Part shown: positions 59,925 through 64,000 of the stretch, piece by piece
Layout: each line of letters opens with the position of its first letter
How positions within the stretch are numbered: position 1 is the first letter of the stretch
Assembly (NCBI GenBank): GCA_030295235.1
Contig: AP026147.1
Location: 1 to 64,000, forward strand
Reading direction: 5' to 3'
Length of the DNA stretch: 64,000 bases
DNA from: Fistulifera solaris
Taxonomy: Eukaryota
Notes under the pieces: model-generated
The model's database searches: none
Told to the model about the DNA's origin: nothing
What the model saw: the letters and a program-made list of their open reading frames with translations, nothing else
Position numbers and translations under genes: made by a program

Positions 59925-61989
59925 ATGTTATTACACGAAAATGATAAACGATGGAAGCAAACGCAACTGGTGGTGTTTTTTGTCGTCTTTTTGTTGGCGG
60001 TCCCCGAGTACGTTACTTGTTGTTGTGAATGTCTTGTATAGTATTGTATTCGACTCACACACTCTTAATTACTTTTCTATAGATTCAATCCGATACAAAT
60101 GCTCTATCATACCTTTTCGACTTTACAACCGTGGCATGTTGGTTCCTTTTGTTTGGTGATGATGATTGCCATTTTTTCTTTCGGATGCTCCGCATTTGTT
60201 GTACACCGCGATTCGCATCTTTTTTCATTCCATTCTCAGTATCTTCTTTGATAAGGTCGAAATTATTGGTTTATATCAAAACATTCCGCCCCAAGGACCC
60301 GTCATCTTTTGTATCAATCACGCAAATCAATTCATGGATGCCGTCATGGTCTTGTGTACTCTTTCGAGAGAAATTTCGTATTTAATGGCCGAAGCCAGTT
60401 GGAAACGACGAATTATAGGAGATTTTGCACAGGCGTTGCAAGTCATTCCGGTCAAACGAGCCCAAGATGAAGCGCGGAAAGGTATCGGGCGTGTGACCGT
60501 CGTTCAGAATGAAGACAAAGACGACAAGGACGCAACTACATCAAAACGACTCATATTACAAGGACACGAAGGAACGCAATTTACACAACAGACCAAAGTC
60601 GGTGACAAGATACGATTGGAAGGTATGGCGTATGCCGCCAAAATTGTGCACATGGAAAGTGATACGTGCTTGCACTTGGCGTGGGACTCTCCCACCCCAC
60701 CACCACCGTTTCACACTTCGTTACAGTACGACATTTTGCCGCAAGTCCCACTCCAAGTCGTTTTTGAAAAAGTATTGGATCGATTGACCTTACAAGGTGC
60801 GGTCGGGATCTTCCCCGAAGGAGGATCGCACGATCGGACCGATTTGTTGCCACTCAAAATTGGGATTTCGTTGTTGGCGTATCAAGCCTTGGATACGCAC
60901 GGATTGCGGGTTCCCATCATTCCTGTGGGATTGTCGTATTTTCATGCGCATCGGTGGCGGGGACGGGCGGTCGTCGAATACGGCAAACCGGTCTATGTGG
61001 ATCCGGCCACCTTGCCAGAATTCCGACAAGGCGGAGCGGCGCGGCATGCCGTGTGTCAGGCCTTCTTGTCGCAAGTCGAAGATGCCATGCGGAGTGTTTT
61101 GGTCCAAAGTCCCGATTATGAAACACTCCAATTGTTGCATACGGCGCGACGCTTGTATCAACGACCGGAACAACAACAAACACAAGAGAAACAAGATTTG
61201 GCGCGGCGGTTTACCGTCGGGTATCAGAAATTCGTGCAACAAATGGCGGAACATCCCGACGCGATGCCACCGGAATGGATGGATTTGCAACGACGATTGA
61301 AAGAATACGCGAATGAATTGAAAGAATTGGGATTGAAAGATTATCAAGTCAATATGTTGGTGGCGTCGGAAGATGAAGAAAAGGAATCATCATCGTTGTA
61401 TATGGGCTTGCAATGGTTGTATTCCGTCGTGCATTTGGTGGTCTTGTTGATGATCGCGGCCGTGCCGACCTTGTTGTTGAATTTACCGGTGGGTGTTTTA
61501 GCGGGACTGTACAGTGAACGGAGACGTCAAAAGGCCTTGCAGAAATCCAAAGTCAAGATACACGGATACGATGTCATGTTGACGGAAAAAGTCGTCTTTT
61601 GTATGGTCATGGTCCCGACCTTGTGGTTCATTTACTTTTTGATTTTACGATTTGGAACCAATTTGGAAGGTCCGACGATTTCGTTGATCATGCTATCGTT
61701 GCCCGTCTTTTCGTACGTTGGTATTATCGTGGCGAAAGCGGGTATGGTGGGATGGAATGATTTGCGTCCGCATTTGATGCGGCTGTTTCCGACGACGCGT
61801 CCTCGTTTGAAGGCATTGCCCGCGACACGACAAGCGTTGCAAAAGGATTTGCGGGCTTTCATTAAACGTATTGGACCGGAATTGGGTGATTTGTATTACG
61901 AAAAGGAAGTGGATTGGGCGGCCGTGCAAGAAAAGTATCGCCGTAGTAAAGAAGAGTCGTCCGTGCAGTTGGACAAGAAAGAGCAGTAG
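59925..61989 (+). CDS. Glycerol-3-phosphate O-acyltransferase (SCT1/GPT2-like)
   Basis: NHANQFMD, IPVKRAQD, GIFPEGGSHDR and IIPVGL; C-terminal TMs. Inferred exon 1 59925-60007, intron 60008-60082, frameshift at the T run near 60175. Confidence 0.9.
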
Positions 61990-62860
61990 ACTAGAAAAGT
62001 AAAGTATGATAAATTGAATGGTTGGAACGAATGGATTTTAACTTACGGGTAGGAACCACACGAACAGTTTTAATCTCTCTGACCTCGAAAATGTGAGCGA
62101 GTAAGGAGAAGCTAGACTATAGACTATAGATGATAGTCAGTTTTGTCTATTCAGTCCTGCGGGCACGTCAACTCGGACTTAGAAGCAAGGAGGGCGCATT
62201 TGCGGCATAAATGACGTGTGTGAGATTCGGGGATGAAAGAAAGCAGCCTTTGTTATGGAGTTCCGTGGAGTTCCAGCTTCGGGAGGTTGGTGTATAGCCC
62301 AATTCGTAGGGCAGAAAGCTAGGAAAGGATGAGAGGTTCGCATTTTTGGTTGTCAAGTTCCTCACTCTGCAACGAATAGTTCTTTCATTATTGCTTTCGA
62401 GTCAAATCCAGATTTCAGCAATGAAATTCCGCGATCGTCTTTTGAGCAACACGGAAGGTTTCCTAGTTGAATCTTTGCACATAGCAATGACTTGTGCTGG
62501 TGCGACAGGAAATTTCGACGTTGTCGATGATAGGCGTACGTTTCAAAGTGCCCATCAAAGAGACGATCCTGATTGGTCGAGAAGATCTGACAATTGTTGA
62601 CTCTTGTCCTGACACGTGACACCATCCTTCCCTTCATTTTCATTGTGGATCGTGTAGAAAGTACTACTCCGCCGACAAACATCCATCAATCTGTCAAAGA
62701 ACAAGTACATTAAACGCGATACAAAAATTGCGCGAAAAAATTCGAACCTTCAAACTCAAAATCTTGGCACCGTTTTCTCTTTCTCACACACCCATCAAAC
62801 TCACTTCCTCCATTTCCATCAATCTCATGAGAATGCGTGTCGTGTCAAACGAATAGAATA

Positions 62861-63268
62861 ATGATGGAAACACGTCAAAAACGACCAGATGCGGCACACC
62901 GAAGTCGCTGTGATCTGCTGGAAGTCCCCGCCTCAAATCGTACCTCGAAGAAGATAAGAATAGTCGAGCAACAAGAGCCCGTACATTTGCCCAGTCACCA
63001 GGAGAGTCCACCTTCTTCTTGTTTCTTTCGTGCTATTGACGATGATGATCTTCATGGGGACACATTGACTATAGATTCCCCGAATCCTTCGCTGGTAGCG
63101 ACGAAAATGGAAGTACCACTCGATCAAAGAACGCAATGTGGAGCGATTCTATTCGTGGATGCAACTACCGCGCCCCATTTAATTGCCCAGTGCCCACGAT
63201 TTCCTTCCTTGTCCGACCTAGATCAAGTTCTTAGTCCCCGTGCTTTACCCTGCAACCTCGATCGATGA
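62861..63268 (+). CDS. Hypothetical protein
   Basis: 135-aa ORF with no recognised motif. Confidence 0.25.
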   Translation: MMETRQKRPDAAHRSRCDLLEVPASNRTSKKIRIVEQQEPVHLPSHQESPPSSCFFRAIDDDDLHGDTLTIDSPNPSLVATKMEVPLDQRTQCGAILFVDATTAPHLIAQCPRFPSLSDLDQVLSPRALPCNLDR

Positions 63269-64000
63269 GACGACCTAACAGTTTGCCGGGGGACCAAGAA
63301 ACGAGATACACTGGCAATCTCTTGGGATTGTGAACTCATCGCATTTTCCTTTTCTTGGACCATCTTTTGCTCCTGCTATCTTAATGCTATCTTTCGCTCC
63401 ATTGCTTCCGTCATCAAGCTATTGTTAATACATTAAAATACCCGCTATTTGTGCTGTTTAAGTTATGAACATAGTAATGTTAGCTGCTGGCAACAGGATG
63501 AATGCAATTCAGCTCTGAATACGGTAATTTGGAGCGTGCTTTAGCAGCGAAATTGGATTTCGATTCACATCAAATTGACCCTTGTCGTGAAGATAAAGGA
63601 CGTTCAAATAATTAGTTATTGCATAAATTCCAGTCTTTATGCGGAAGGGCGACTTATTAGTCGGTGTCAACATCGACAGCATCTCCAAAAGGCAGGTGGC
63701 AGGTGCCAAACCTTTTCGGGGAGGTTCCGCGCGAAAATTCATCGGGAATACTCGTCCGGCCATGTACTTTGAAATAGACTCTCCCGACCATTTGCCTAAA
63801 CAAATACGGATACTTAGGATAGGCCAATTACTCCAAAGCCTATTGCTCTTGTATTTATAGCAAACAGGTTGTACTTGAAGAAAAAGTCCTCAAAAATTAC
63901 CGCTATACGAAACAGTAGCTTGTAGACAAGTACGAGGAAAGACGTACGACGCCCGTTTCTGAACATAAGTCATGAGTCATCCATGTTAATCGTGAGTCGT

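Overview
Left end of a eukaryotic chromosome, most likely a pennate diatom (inferred from diatom-type gene families, short GT-AG introns and bipartite plastid leaders). It opens with a (CCCTAA)n telomere joined directly to a decayed RNase H-bearing non-LTR retroelement, followed by Helitron-like and hAT-like remnants. Next come MGAT2, myotubularin and sulfotransferase genes. About 11.7-33.3 kb holds a subtelomeric array of secreted or GPI-anchored proteins built from 1-6 copies of a ~130-aa Cys-rich module (DUF6174-like by recollection). The array shows an apparently identical 728-bp exchange tract, an in-frame TGA at a module boundary, acidic versus basic members, and a tandem duplication with a chimeric junction. 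The second duplicate unit contains a hAT element, a MITE and a 3.2-kb palindromic satellite. From 34 kb the window is mostly housekeeping: Clp chaperone, bL20m, MET2, two CRAL-TRIO-like/bZIP paralogs, CRTISO-like, GT8, ABC1 kinase and GPAT. Many conserved genes have single-base frameshifts in homopolymers, which points to uncorrected long-read errors, so pseudogene calls need caution. All calls come from reading motifs by eye; no searches were run.
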